Made by a program: the position numbers and the translations under genes | Notes under the pieces: generated by a model | The model's database searches: none | Seen by the model: the letters and a program-made list of their open reading frames with translations, nothing else | Told to the model about the DNA's origin: nothing | Assembly: GCA_965249185.1 (NCBI GenBank) | Contig: CBDFLS010000001.1 | Coordinates: forward strand, 445,918-509,917 | DNA: 64,000 bases | Direction of reading: 5' to 3' | DNA from: Dehalococcoidia bacterium | Lineage (GTDB): Bacteria > Chloroflexota > Dehalococcoidia > Lucifugimonadales > Australimonadaceae | Shown: positions 9,046 through 19,412 of the stretch, in pieces | Layout: each line of letters begins with the position of its first letter | Position numbering within the stretch: the first letter of the stretch is position 1

Positions 9046-11529
9046 CTAGGGGACCACGTCCAAGCCGACGGCCCGCTCGGCCAGGGAGGCGATCTCGTCG
9101 CTGAAGGCAGCCAGGGAGAGAGTGTACACCCCAGGGACGAGTCCGGCGGTCGTCCCCGAGTCGAGCCGGACGGTGAAACTGCCGCCGGAGGACGGCTCGA
9201 CCTGCCCATCGGCGACGATCCTGCCCTCAGACGGGTCCACAAGCACATAGCGCAGGCTCAGCTTCCCCGGCCCCTCAACCTCGACCGTGACCTCGGCGGC
9301 CCGGCCCGCGGTGACCGGCTCCACCGTCACCCGGCCGATCTCGAGGCGAGGCGCGGCTCCGAGGAACCACTGGCCCGGCCGGTAGGGATAGCTCGGGTCA
9401 CGGTAGGCCACGATCTCGGCGAACTGGGCCGGCGGGTCGTACCGGGTCAGCATGAAGGGACCATTGCTGATCACCAGGAGGCCATGCTCGTCAAACCAGT
9501 CGATAGCCGCCTGATACCGGTCCTCGGCCTCCGCCTCGCTGGTCAAGGACACGTTTCCGACCGTGAACACTCCCTTGGGCAAGGCGGCGGCGGTGGCGAA
9601 GTCACGCAGGGCGCGGACCACCAGCCGGGCATCCCTGTCCACGACCAGGCTCAGCCAGCTCACCTTGAACCGGGCGGCGGCGGTGTCGCTGTAGGCGGCG
9701 CGCCGCTGCTCAAACACCAAGTCGTCCATGGCGGCCAGCAGCTCCCAGGGAGTGCTCAGGCCCGTGGGCGAGGCGTAGGACGCGATCTGGCGCTCATCGA
9801 AGTGCCAGAAGTCTACGTAGACCTCCAGCCTGTTGTCGTCCAGGATGCGGTAGCCACGGATCGTGTCGAGATAGGGCCGCGCCGTGACCCCCAGGGCGAA
9901 CTCGATCTTCACCTTGTTGGGGTCGTAGGAGATCTCATGGGACTGGGCGATGGAGTAGACCGCATCGGCCATGGTGATGGGCTGACCGTGGTGCCACTTG
10001 GCGCTGAAGTACTTGGAATAGTCGAAGGTCACCTTGCTGGTGGCCTGGACCCCCTGGCCCAGCGCGCGCCACTGGTCGCGGACGGCGTCCCACATGACGG
10101 CGTCGGCGGGCACATCGAGCTTCTGCTGAGGCCCCGCGGTCTCCACCTCAAAGCCGGCCCGGAAGGGCATGGGGATGCCGGTGAAGGGGTGGTTCCAGAC
10201 CGGCGGGTCGTGGAGATTTATCCAGATATCGTTGCTGTAGACATCGCCGAAGCCGCCCACCGGGTTCCAGGTGGTGCGGTCGGTCCACACCCAGAGATTC
10301 CCCACCGTCAGATCGGTCTCGCCGGGGACGAAGGCTTCCCGGACGCTCCAGGGACCCTTGGGGCCGGCCACCAGGTCGGTGGTGATGCCGCGCACGTCCA
10401 CGCTCACGGGAAAGCTGTTCATGACCGTTGCCACGCCGATGCGGACCGACTCGTCCAGCGCGAGCTCCGTCATGCGCCGGTAGATCTCGTCCCGCTCCTG
10501 GGCGTTCTGAAAGTCTCCCGTGAACAGGCGTTGTCCCAGCTCGTCCAGCTCATCCTGCTGGTACTGCCAGAAGCCGACCTCCCGCCAGCCGGGCATGTTG
10601 CCCAGCCAGGGGGCCGCCATCTGATTGATGGTGGCGAAATCGTACCGCTGGGAAGCCGAGCGGCCCCAGCCCTCGGTGTAGAGGTGCCAGCTAAAGGCTT
10701 GCGGGTCGGAAGCGTAGACCCCGAGGACCGCCGGAGCGAACTGCTGGTAGCTGGGGGCGACGGTAAAGCCCGCCTTCTCCAGCTCCACACGCAGCAGGTT
10801 GCCGACGTCCCAGCGCTCGTCCTCCACCCGGATAATGAAGGTGAGCCGAACGGACTGACCCTGGTAGTGCCACTTCCCGTCCACCAGATCGGCCCCCATT
10901 GCGGCCATCTCCCGCTGAATGATGCTCCGGGCCCGCTCCGGGTCGTAGCGGATATCCGACCCCTTCACCTGGCTGTAGACGGTGAGGAAATCGAAATCGC
11001 TGGCGCCCAGGTGGGTGATCATGGGGAGGGCCATGCCCTGATAGATGTCGCTGACAATGAACTCGCGGTCGACCAGATACTGGACCGCCTGACGGACCGC
11101 CTTGCTGGAGAAGGGATTGAGGCGGCCCTCCGGGGGAGGGGCCGGGTTCAGGATGATGGAGATGGTGCTGGCAGGAGCCTCGTGGATCAGTAGGTTGGTC
11201 TCTTTGCGAAGCTCGCGGGCGGCGGGAGTCTTGAGGCTGAACAGGTACATATCCATCTCGCCCGCCTGCATGTGCAAAGGCGCCCGGTCCACGTGGAAGG
11301 ACTTGAAAAACACACGGTCGGCGGCGGGGCCGGGCCGATTGTGGGGCGGCGCATACTCCGCCGGGGTGATGGCAGGCCGCCGCGTGGGTGTCGGCGGCGT
11401 CTGTCCCGCCGTACCGGTCTCGGTAGTCCCGAGAGCAGCCGTGGCGGTGGGCTTCGCATCGCCGCTGCAGGCAGCCGCCATCAGGCCGACGGCCAGCAGC
11501 GAGATGCCCAGCCAACGCGGTTCGTGCAT
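9046..11529 (-). CDS. family-5 (peptide/nickel type) solute-binding lipoprotein, unusually long (827 aa)
   Basis: Start moved to MHEPRWLGISLLAVGLMAAACSG (lipobox); SBP_bac_5-like body plus extra C-terminal beta-rich domain. Confidence 0.8.
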   Translation of the reverse strand: MHEPRWLGISLLAVGLMAAACSGDAKPTATAALGTTETGTAGQTPPTPTRRPAITPAEYAPPHNRPGPAADRVFFKSFHVDRAPLHMQAGEMDMYLFSLKTPAARELRKETNLLIHEAPASTISIILNPAPPPEGRLNPFSSKAVRQAVQYLVDREFIVSDIYQGMALPMITHLGASDFDFLTVYSQVKGSDIRYDPERARSIIQREMAAMGADLVDGKWHYQGQSVRLTFIIRVEDERWDVGNLLRVELEKAGFTVAPSYQQFAPAVLGVYASDPQAFSWHLYTEGWGRSASQRYDFATINQMAAPWLGNMPGWREVGFWQYQQDELDELGQRLFTGDFQNAQERDEIYRRMTELALDESVRIGVATVMNSFPVSVDVRGITTDLVAGPKGPWSVREAFVPGETDLTVGNLWVWTDRTTWNPVGGFGDVYSNDIWINLHDPPVWNHPFTGIPMPFRAGFEVETAGPQQKLDVPADAVMWDAVRDQWRALGQGVQATSKVTFDYSKYFSAKWHHGQPITMADAVYSIAQSHEISYDPNKVKIEFALGVTARPYLDTIRGYRILDDNRLEVYVDFWHFDERQIASYASPTGLSTPWELLAAMDDLVFEQRRAAYSDTAAARFKVSWLSLVVDRDARLVVRALRDFATAAALPKGVFTVGNVSLTSEAEAEDRYQAAIDWFDEHGLLVISNGPFMLTRYDPPAQFAEIVAYRDPSYPYRPGQWFLGAAPRLEIGRVTVEPVTAGRAAEVTVEVEGPGKLSLRYVLVDPSEGRIVADGQVEPSSGGSFTVRLDSGTTAGLVPGVYTLSLAAFSDEIASLAERAVGLDVVP

Positions 11530-11534
11530 CACGG

Positions 11535-13952
11535 TTAGCTTCCCCCCCACGGCGGGCCGTCGCGGCGGCGTCTCGCCTGGAGCGCGATGGTCAGATAGGC
11601 AGCACCTACGGCCGCCAGGCCCGCGGCTCCGAGCGCCGATAAGACAATCGTCCACCAGGGCGTGCTCCCGCCGCCATCGCCCCGCCCCTCATCCTCCAGC
11701 AGGACCTGCACGCGCTGCAGCTCGACGCCAAGCTGTGCGGCTTCAACGCCCTCGCTGGTCTCGATCGTCCGCGTCAGCTCCTCCAGCCGCGCCTCCACGT
11801 CCCGCTGAATGTCACGGATGCTGCCGAAGCCGAACTCGGCGAAGAAGGAGGTAACGGCCAGGTTGCCCGACTCATCGAAGACACGCACGTCCTGAGCGCC
11901 CTCTCCAGAGACAGGCATAAACAGCCGTGACGTGAACTGGCCCTCGCCGTTGGTGCGCTCCGTGGCCACGGAGACGCCGCCAACCGTGACGAAGACATTG
12001 AGGTCCGGCTGGAAGTTGAACCCCTGGAGGGTCACCTCCTGGCCGCCGGGGCCGGCGGCGGGGCTGAGGAACACCTCGGCCGAGATCAGGGCGCTGCGCC
12101 GGGCGAAGCCTATCTTTTGGTTGGGCGCGCCGAACTCGCCCAGCCGCGCATCGGCCCATACGGCGTAGACGTCGTCCCCGGTGGCGGAAAGGGAGAAGTA
12201 ATCGCCGATGAACAGGCCGAAGGGAAAGGCCCTGTTCGGATTGGATGAGAAGTCGGTCACCCGGGTATCCGCGGTCCGGAAGTCCAGCTCGGGAAGCTCG
12301 AACCCCCACGTCTCGCCCTCGTCCTCCGACTGGGTCATGTAGAGGTGGTACCGGGTCTCGGATGCGTCATCCCGCATGTCTCCCCACATGACATAGATAT
12401 TTCCCGCAGGGTCCGTGTCTATGGCGGGAAAGAACTGGAACCTGTCGGTCTCGTCGCCGCCCAGGATCCGCGCCCTGCTCCAGGTCACGCCCCGGTCCCG
12501 GGAGCGAATGAAGTAGACATCGCCATCGTCGGTGGGCTTGGCGGGGTTGAGGCCCACATACACAACGTAGATCTCGCCGCCGGGCCCAATGGCGATCTGG
12601 GGGAAGGCGGAGGCCCAGGAGCGGAAGAACGCATTCTTGGAGCGGAACTCCGGCTCGCGGAACAGGCTCGCGTTGACCGGCTTGGTGAACGTCTTGCCCG
12701 CGTCATCCGAGCGGGCAACATATATCTCCGCGAGGCCCTTCTGTGAATCGTCATCCGTGCTGTCCATCCAGGTCACGTACACCGTGCCGTCGGGGGCAAC
12801 CCTCGGCTGGGAGCCCTGCACGACGCGCTTCAGGCCTTCCACCACAGCGGCGGCCGGCCCGGGCTCATCGCCCGAGGCACGCCGGACGGTGGGGCTCACG
12901 GAGATGGGCGCGCTCCACGTCTGTCCATCATCCTCCGACTGGACGAGTCTGATGGTGGTCTGTACTTCGTTTACGGCCAGCGCGGGCACATCGCCGATGT
13001 AGAGCACCGAGGCGATGACGGTGAAATCGGTGTACGTGATGTAGTTGACGTCCCGGTCGGGAGCGGTGGGATGTGGGCCAACGGCCATCCACGGCTTGTC
13101 CAGGAAGGAGATGCTGACCTCGCCCCGGGGCTGACCGCTCCTATCCACGAACAGATCGGAGGTGACCTTTCCGCGGGCGGTTGATATTGACTCCCCCCAT
13201 GAAAGGCCGCCGTCCTCCGATTTGGAATGGGCGATAGCGGACACTACCGCCTGGAGAACGAAGGGGCCGACGGTGAACTCCTCGACGCCGATGGAGATGA
13301 AGATGAGGTGAACGTTGCCATCCCGGTCGAACGCCACCACCGGGTCGCCGGCCGACACGAGGTCCTCTCTCAAGAAGGAGCTCTGAAACGGACCCTCCCA
13401 GATCTGGCCGCCGTCGAAGGAGACGTACGTGACGACGGAGGGGAAGTTGTAATCGATGACTCCCACCACGATGTGCTTGGGGTCATTAGGGTTCACCGCC
13501 ATGTGCGGCTCGGTCTGAAACGGAGAATTGCCGAAGTCTCTGGTCACGAGGACCGTGCGGCTGAAGGCCGGCGAGGGGTCCCGGAAGGGCACCAGCACAC
13601 CACCGCCCGGCTGCTGCAAGGTGGACCCGGCGCTGATGAACGGGCCCTCCAGGTCCCGCCACGCCAGTCTGGTCACGACATCCCAGCCAGGCCGTTTGAG
13701 CAGTCGCGGGTCCATACCCTCGGAGACGAGCCATGCCGTCCCCGAGGCCGCTTGCCTGAAGATGTCGGAGATAGTCTCATTCTTGACGCGAGAGCCTATC
13801 CCTTTAACTTTAAGACCAAATTCCCCCTCTTCGGCTTGTACCGTCGCCGGGACCGCGACACCGCCGCCGGAGCCCGTGGCTCCAGAGAGCGCCACCACCA
13901 GCGCCAGCGTGAGGATAAAGAGACCGCCCTTCAACATTGTTTTGGTGCCCAT
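11535..13952 (-). CDS. secreted BNR/Asp-box repeat (sialidase-fold-like) protein with C-terminal TM anchor
   Basis: Signal peptide; six SxDxGxTW-type boxes (SFDGGQIW, SEDGGLSW, SEDDGQTW, SDDAGKTF, SRDRGVTW, SEDEGETW); C-terminal TM. Confidence 0.7.
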   Translation of the reverse strand: MGTKTMLKGGLFILTLALVVALSGATGSGGGVAVPATVQAEEGEFGLKVKGIGSRVKNETISDIFRQAASGTAWLVSEGMDPRLLKRPGWDVVTRLAWRDLEGPFISAGSTLQQPGGGVLVPFRDPSPAFSRTVLVTRDFGNSPFQTEPHMAVNPNDPKHIVVGVIDYNFPSVVTYVSFDGGQIWEGPFQSSFLREDLVSAGDPVVAFDRDGNVHLIFISIGVEEFTVGPFVLQAVVSAIAHSKSEDGGLSWGESISTARGKVTSDLFVDRSGQPRGEVSISFLDKPWMAVGPHPTAPDRDVNYITYTDFTVIASVLYIGDVPALAVNEVQTTIRLVQSEDDGQTWSAPISVSPTVRRASGDEPGPAAAVVEGLKRVVQGSQPRVAPDGTVYVTWMDSTDDDSQKGLAEIYVARSDDAGKTFTKPVNASLFREPEFRSKNAFFRSWASAFPQIAIGPGGEIYVVYVGLNPAKPTDDGDVYFIRSRDRGVTWSRARILGGDETDRFQFFPAIDTDPAGNIYVMWGDMRDDASETRYHLYMTQSEDEGETWGFELPELDFRTADTRVTDFSSNPNRAFPFGLFIGDYFSLSATGDDVYAVWADARLGEFGAPNQKIGFARRSALISAEVFLSPAAGPGGQEVTLQGFNFQPDLNVFVTVGGVSVATERTNGEGQFTSRLFMPVSGEGAQDVRVFDESGNLAVTSFFAEFGFGSIRDIQRDVEARLEELTRTIETSEGVEAAQLGVELQRVQVLLEDEGRGDGGGSTPWWTIVLSALGAAGLAAVGAAYLTIALQARRRRDGPPWGGS

Positions 13953-14010
13953 ATGCTCCAGCCTCTGTACTCCAGCCTCACTTGAGCGCGTCTATCACGA
14001 GAATTGGTTG

Positions 14011-14667
14011 CTACCGGCTGTCTGTAACCCGCACGAGGATGTCGATACGGTCTATAAGGGCGAGAAGCACCGACTGCCAGAAATCGTCCGTGGCCTGAAA
14101 GTAGTTGTTCGCCCCCGTGCGCACATAGCTGGCACTAGAGGCTTCAGCGCCGCCCCCCGACGTCTCGAGCCATTCGATGTAGGCCGGGAGATGATTGACC
14201 ACCCGGTCTACCTTGGGGCCCAGGGATACATTCGACTTGACCGCCAGGGACTTTACCTGGGACCAATAGACCGTCGCCTCTTCCATCGCCCGGGGCGGAC
14301 TCTTGCGGATCTCAGCGAGGAGGAGACGGTCGTTTTCGAAATCATCGACCAGCTCCGTGATGGCCTGGATAGTATCCTCCGCTCCGGCCACGTCGGTGAA
14401 GCGCTCCGGCCGCGCTCCCTCAGACCCGCCACTCCCCACCTGTGCGCCGGCCTGCGCAGCGGAAGCAAGGGCCGCTGGGTCCAGCGCCTGAACCAGCTCA
14501 TCCACCTGAGTGCGAAGGCGCGAGACTTCGCTCTCCAAGCCGTTGTGCCCGCTGGCTGCCGGCCACACGAGATATGCGATGGCGAACCCGGCGCCAGCGG
14601 CCACGAGCAGGGCGATGGCCGCGCGCCGCCGTCCCAGCAGAAGACGCCCAACCGCTACGCGCTGCAC
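14011..14667 (-). CDS. hypothetical N-terminally anchored protein
   Basis: 218-aa ORF with one N-terminal TM helix; no recognisable family. Confidence 0.45.
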   Translation of the reverse strand: MQRVAVGRLLLGRRRAAIALLVAAGAGFAIAYLVWPAASGHNGLESEVSRLRTQVDELVQALDPAALASAAQAGAQVGSGGSEGARPERFTDVAGAEDTIQAITELVDDFENDRLLLAEIRKSPPRAMEEATVYWSQVKSLAVKSNVSLGPKVDRVVNHLPAYIEWLETSGGGAEASSASYVRTGANNYFQATDDFWQSVLLALIDRIDILVRVTDSR

Positions 14668-14960
14668 TATAGCCCCGCCTCACTACCTGCCAAGATTTAG
14701 AACCGAATGCCTCCCACTTGCTCGGAGAGAGGACCCGCCCGCCAAAGTATACGCAAATGGACCTGGGCCGGATCAGAAGGGGCCGTTGCGGGTAGCCAAG
14801 GCCTGCCCCAAGGCCGGCAAGCAGGCTTACAAGGGCGCGAGGGTATCACCAACCAGTCTGCCGGACAACCCCGTCGTGAGCGCTCGGTCAGGGCGAGCAC
14901 CACGGCCGCGTACGTAGCTTACAGCGAACGTGCCACCCGGGACCGCGGTTGCAGCGCGCC

Positions 14961-16241
14961 TCAGCGGCTTGCCTGGGCGGGCGCTGGCGCTGGTGGGTCG
15001 GAGGCGCTGACTACCCCCAGGCCGCGCAGCGCCGGGCTGAACATGTTCACGGCCAGGATGTTTACGATGAGGAACACAGCCGCTCCACCAAATGCCCATG
15101 GCACACCGGTGAAATTGGCCACGGCGGCCACCATGCCGGCGCCCAGGGGGGGCAAGCTCCAAACGATGCCATACAGGCCCATTACACGACCTCGCAGCTC
15201 GTCCGGCACGTGTGTCTGAAGCGTAACCTCTGTCGCGACGGTATACATGATCCCCGAAAATCCTACCATCGCTAACAGAAAGAGTGAGAGGAGAAACCAC
15301 GGACTAGCGGCGAAGGCCACCAAGGACCCGCCAAAAGCGATAGTGCCCAGCGTGAATATGCTCCTCCCCCTGTAGCGCCGCAGGATGTTGGGCACTATGA
15401 GCACCGCCATTATTCCTCCGACCGGCGCGGCTGAGGCCAGGATCCCAAGGCCTCTCGAGTCGACTTGCAGAACATCCTTGGCGAATATGGGGAGCAGAAA
15501 GAGATAGCTCATGCCAAGAAGGTTATTCATGTAGCACGTGCCAATCAGGACACGAAAGAGAGGACGGCTCCAGATATACCGAAGGCCATCCGCCATGTTC
15601 CCAACCATGTTGCGCTGCTTCGCTGGAGGCACACGACGGGGCCGGAGCATCTGCACTACCGCCGCCATAATGCCGAAGCCCATGGCGCCCATAAAGAAAC
15701 TGGCTTCTGGGCCCGCTACATAAATAATGAATCCGGCGGCGGCCGGCCAGGCGATCCGGTTGAGGTCCCAGGCCATGCTGATGAGTGGAACGGCATTGGC
15801 CAGTTGCCGACGGTCTGGCAGCAGACGGGGATAGAGTGCCTGTCGACTGGGGTGATCGAAGGCCAGGAATGCGCCCATGAGAGCGGCTCCGACCACCAAG
15901 TGCCAGAGCTCCACTCGTTCCGTGAGGGTCAGGAAAGCCAGCACACCGACGATCGTGGCGGCGATCGATTGGACGACGGTGAGCACGTGTTTTGGGTTCA
16001 ACCGGTCGGCCACGGCGCCACCCACGACATTCAAGGTAATGCTGGGCACGGCCAGAGCCAGGGTCACAAAGCTTAGGTCCAAAGCTGAGCCGGTCAGATG
16101 AAAGGCCAGCCACGCAATGGTGAAGTAGGTCAGGGCGTAGCCCATGATGTGGAACTGGAAACCCGTCCAATAGAGACGGAAGCTCGGGTACCGTAGTACG
16201 GCAAAGACCTGGAACTGGCGCGCGATGAGGGTCCTCAGCAT
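14961..16241 (-). CDS. MFS transporter
   Basis: 426 aa, about 12 hydrophobic segments, MFS-type loop motifs. Confidence 0.85.
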   Translation of the reverse strand: MLRTLIARQFQVFAVLRYPSFRLYWTGFQFHIMGYALTYFTIAWLAFHLTGSALDLSFVTLALAVPSITLNVVGGAVADRLNPKHVLTVVQSIAATIVGVLAFLTLTERVELWHLVVGAALMGAFLAFDHPSRQALYPRLLPDRRQLANAVPLISMAWDLNRIAWPAAAGFIIYVAGPEASFFMGAMGFGIMAAVVQMLRPRRVPPAKQRNMVGNMADGLRYIWSRPLFRVLIGTCYMNNLLGMSYLFLLPIFAKDVLQVDSRGLGILASAAPVGGIMAVLIVPNILRRYRGRSIFTLGTIAFGGSLVAFAASPWFLLSLFLLAMVGFSGIMYTVATEVTLQTHVPDELRGRVMGLYGIVWSLPPLGAGMVAAVANFTGVPWAFGGAAVFLIVNILAVNMFSPALRGLGVVSASDPPAPAPAQASR

Positions 16242-16657
16242 AGTGCTGCTCCATCACCTATCCGTATCGGCGCGTTCCCGTGCGGGGCGAAAGCGAGCAT
16301 TCGGGTGGCCTACAGTCTAGCGGAGCGTGGCGGGAGTGCGAGGGGGTCGAACCGTCCCGTGGAAAACGTACAGCCAGAAGGTTACCACGACGCCCACGCC
16401 TCCCAGTTGACCGGTGACTCCTCGGGTGGGGGCACTACCATGTCGGACGCGCTCTGTACCATCGCCACGGGCTTGAGAAAGCTCGCTGATGCATTCGAAG
16501 AGGTGGCCCAGACAAAGTTTAAATGACGCATCGGTCGGCAGATTTCGACCGAGGCCCAACCTACCAATGATCTACCGCTCGACGTGTCCCAGAGTCTCTA
16601 TTTAGAGCCAAAATGCTTAGCCGGCTGCACTCCACGTCGTCAGCGAGTATTCAAGAA

Positions 16658-17503
16658 GGGTATAGTCCCAAAACAGCCACCTGTGAGAGAATGGTGGCAT
16701 GGGACGGAAGATTGGGTGCCCTCGATGTCAACACGCCAAGAGCTGGAGCATTCGGCGAGGTAAGAGTCGTTGTGCAGCCTGCCACTACGAGTGGGTGCCC
16801 AGGGCGCTGCCGCTTCGGTTGTCGCCAGGGGAGTGGCGGCGACTGTTGCGCTGGTTCGTCTTGGGGCAGAGTGCCGAGGTGATTGCCCAGGAGGCCCGCC
16901 TGGAGCGAAAGCGAGTCCTGCGCGCCCTGATCGTGGTGCGCCAGGCCATGGTCCGGGACGTTCCCCATGTCTTCTCCGGCGTGGTGGAGGTCGACGAGAC
17001 CTACCTGGGAGGTTCCTGGCGCAACAGGCGCCTGGCAAAGCGTGTTCAGGGCACGAAGCGGGGCCGTGGAACCACTAAGCAAGCTGTCTTTGGGATCCTG
17101 TGTCGAGGTGGCCTGGTGTGGGCGCAAGTGGTACCTAACGTGGAAGCCAAGACGCTGCTGCCGCTCCTGCACCAACGCGTGCAACGTGGCTCCATCGTCT
17201 GCTCGGACACCTTTACCAGCTACACGGGCGTCGCAGCGGGGGGCTACGTCCACCGGCTTGTGGACCACAGCCAGGCGTTCAGCGATCGGCAAGGGAGCCA
17301 CGTCAACGGCTTGGAGGGCTTCTGGGGTTATCTCAAGCGGCGTCTGGCAGCCAAAGGGGGAGTCCGCCGAGAACGGCTGCCCCTCTATCTTGCTGAGTAT
17401 GTCTGGCGCTACAATCATCGGCGTCTGTTGGGACCAGAACAGGTTAAGATATTGTTCAAGCTGCTTCAAAGCTAATCCGGTGGCTAAAACGGGACTTTAC
17501 CCT
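16658..17503 (+). mobile_element. IS1595-family insertion sequence (846 bp)
   Basis: Terminal inverted repeats GGGTATAGTCCCAAAACAGCCACC (16658-16681) and GGTGGCTAAAACGGGACTTTACCC (17479-17503, reverse complement) bracket the transposase. Flanking 8-mers differ, so no target-site duplication. Confidence 0.8.
16699..17475 (+). CDS. IS1595-family DDE transposase
   Basis: N-terminal zinc ribbon CPRC...CAAC, VEVDETYLGG, SDTFTSY, HVNGLEGFWGYLKRR...AEYVWRYNHR. Confidence 0.9.
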   Translation: MGRKIGCPRCQHAKSWSIRRGKSRCAACHYEWVPRALPLRLSPGEWRRLLRWFVLGQSAEVIAQEARLERKRVLRALIVVRQAMVRDVPHVFSGVVEVDETYLGGSWRNRRLAKRVQGTKRGRGTTKQAVFGILCRGGLVWAQVVPNVEAKTLLPLLHQRVQRGSIVCSDTFTSYTGVAAGGYVHRLVDHSQAFSDRQGSHVNGLEGFWGYLKRRLAAKGGVRRERLPLYLAEYVWRYNHRRLLGPEQVKILFKLLQS

Positions 17504-17715
17504 AGATAAAAGACCTTCGTATTCCTCGTGGACCGCATGAGCCGTTGCTTCTTAAGGATCTGGACCATATCCCAGGTCTCTTGGTCTATCAGCGGTGGAA
17601 TCAGCACTTCTATCCAGGCGTCCTTCGGCTGGTCGAATACCTTCGTTCCATCTTCGGTCGAGACTTGCCGGGTCTTCCCGTAGGCCCAGATGTCCAAGTA
17701 GCTGTCGTTTCTCAG
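17497..17715 (-). pseudogene. fragment of a large serine recombinase ('recombinase' domain only)
   Basis: LLRNDSYLDIWAYGKTR...WIEVLIPPLIDQETWDMVQILKKQR. No catalytic domain upstream; 3' end cut at the IS1595 right end. Confidence 0.55.
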
Positions 17716-17860
17716 GAGGCTATGCACCTGGGCCTGACGCCTCCGCCGGGCCGAGTTACCGCCATCGTCGGCCCTAACGCTTACGGCAAATCCACGCTGT
17801 GAAGGCATTCGCCCGCTTGCTCAGCCCCATGGAAGGCATTACCCGGATTGCTGGCCTTGG
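17707..17860 (+). pseudogene. fragment of an ABC transporter ATPase (Walker A region), frameshifted
   Basis: LGLTPPPGRVTAIVGPNAYGKSTL then stop; another frame continues as VKAFARLLSPMEGI. No rest of the gene. Confidence 0.5.
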
Positions 17861-18221
17861 AAGTTCGGCAGGGCTGCCTCAGGGACTACATCCGTGTCCT
17901 TGTTCTTCCATGATTGCCTCTCCTGATTCGATCTTTCCACCCCCATGACACTGAGACTTTGAGGCAGGCCAGATATCGAACGTCTCCCTCTTTCCCCAGC
18001 GTGCAACTTGCACGATTCTGCCAGGGTTTTGGTGCAATGCACTCTTTATCCAAAGTGCTCGCTGAAATGACGCAAACTACATCCTGTCGTTGGTCATTCC
18101 CCCCTGAATTAGCTACGCTCACGGCCCAACGTGCAACTTGTAACCAAACTCCATTCCTCTGAAACTCCATTCCTCTGTATAGCCCCCTGACTTCAATAAG
18201 GCCTCGGGCGACGGATGGGCC

Positions 18222-19412
18222 TTGCGTCTGGGTCTTATATGGCCCACACTAAAAGGAGTACATATGTTCTCTCGCATTTTCATAGAGATGCCGAGATGGA
18301 CCTCAGAACAAGCTCTTGGACGGCGTTACGTTCAACATGCCCGACCTTCACGATGGACTGTTAGGACCATTTTCCGTAAAGAGCTGGCGATTTCATACGC
18401 ACCAACTAAGAAGAACAAGTCAGGAGAGACGTTGATAGACTGTAAGCTCATCGAGCCGATCAGGGACTATGTGCGGGCTTACATGTGGCGGCATGGCCGG
18501 GGTAAAGCGGCTGATGCCTTTGGAGTCTCCCGCCACACCCTCTGGCGCTTCCTCGAACGGGGCCACATGGGGGGCTCCCTGCCCCGTGCAGTCCTTAACA
18601 CCGTTGGCGGCAGCGCCGAAGCTCTCGAAGCAGTCAGGCACGAGCTTGTCGTTGGCCTGCCGGGACTGAGAATCGACAATTCCCTTCACCCTCTGTCCGA
18701 AGGGCTTGAGGACACGCTCCTGCTGCTGTGTGCCACGCCCCTGGCCACGGAGGGGGAGCTGTCGCGCTTCGGAAGGGTCCCGCCCTCTACCCTCCACGAC
18801 CGGCTTGGGAAGCTCGCTGAGCGGGGCCTGGTGGATTCGGTGTCGCATCGCATGGGACCTCTAGGGCCTCAGCCACACCGCCGGTACTTCCCAACGGAGA
18901 AAGGCATCACCGCCGGCGGCGCAGCCCTGTCGGGCAGGACCGACTTCCTGCGAGACTTCCCTGTGTCGCGCCAGTGGTTCTGGCTGCTGGCCGAGCGGTT
19001 GGATGCCGTTGCCGTGCTCTACAACGTGGCGGCTCTGGTTGCTGATGCCGACCCGCACCGTAAACCCATGAGAGTCGACCACTACCGCCAGGGGCCGTAC
19101 GACATCCTGCTCACCCTGTCAGGCGGCCGTTCCCTCGGTCTGATTCGGCAGGGTCCGATGCTGCCCACGTCGAACCTGCGCTACCGCCTGAGAAGCATGG
19201 AGCAGATGGACCACGATGAGAAACCCTTGGTCACGTTGGTGCTGACCTACTCCGACCAGGCCACCCGCCGGGCTATCCGTTCCCTTGGCGACCCGATAGA
19301 ACACCGCACCACCTTCGTGGCGACCGAGGGGAGCTCCTGGCTGGAAACGCTGAGGCTGTCGTGTGGCAGCGGTGTGGGACAGGAATCGCGGATGACCCTC
19401 CAGTGTCGATAA
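18222..19412 (+). CDS. winged-HTH protein, replication-relaxation/MarR-like
   Basis: FGVSRHTLWRFLERG and LATEGELSRFGRVPPSTLHDRLGKLAERGLV segments; start codon uncertain. Confidence 0.5.
   Translation: MRLGLIWPTLKGVHMFSRIFIEMPRWTSEQALGRRYVQHARPSRWTVRTIFRKELAISYAPTKKNKSGETLIDCKLIEPIRDYVRAYMWRHGRGKAADAFGVSRHTLWRFLERGHMGGSLPRAVLNTVGGSAEALEAVRHELVVGLPGLRIDNSLHPLSEGLEDTLLLLCATPLATEGELSRFGRVPPSTLHDRLGKLAERGLVDSVSHRMGPLGPQPHRRYFPTEKGITAGGAALSGRTDFLRDFPVSRQWFWLLAERLDAVAVLYNVAALVADADPHRKPMRVDHYRQGPYDILLTLSGGRSLGLIRQGPMLPTSNLRYRLRSMEQMDHDEKPLVTLVLTYSDQATRRAIRSLGDPIEHRTTFVATEGSSWLETLRLSCGSGVGQESRMTLQCR

Noticed and set aside
16330-16406. Possible minus-strand tRNA or tRNA-Sec. The reverse complement reads GGGAGGCG...GGTTCGACCCCCTCGCACTCCCGCCA, with canonical G53-T54-T55-C56 spacing and a terminal CCA.
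   Set aside because: The cloverleaf fails. The acceptor pairs at only 5/7 positions (or needs a bulge), no D stem or anticodon stem can be formed, and there is no UCA anticodon. I treat it as chance or a heavily decayed relic.
17808-18221. Catalytic domain of the large serine recombinase expected upstream of the 17497..17715 fragment.
   Set aside because: Minus-strand translations of 17716..18221 show no resolvase-type motifs. The region instead carries the plus-strand ABC-ATPase fragment and non-coding DNA, so the recombinase is a fragment rather than a frameshifted full gene.
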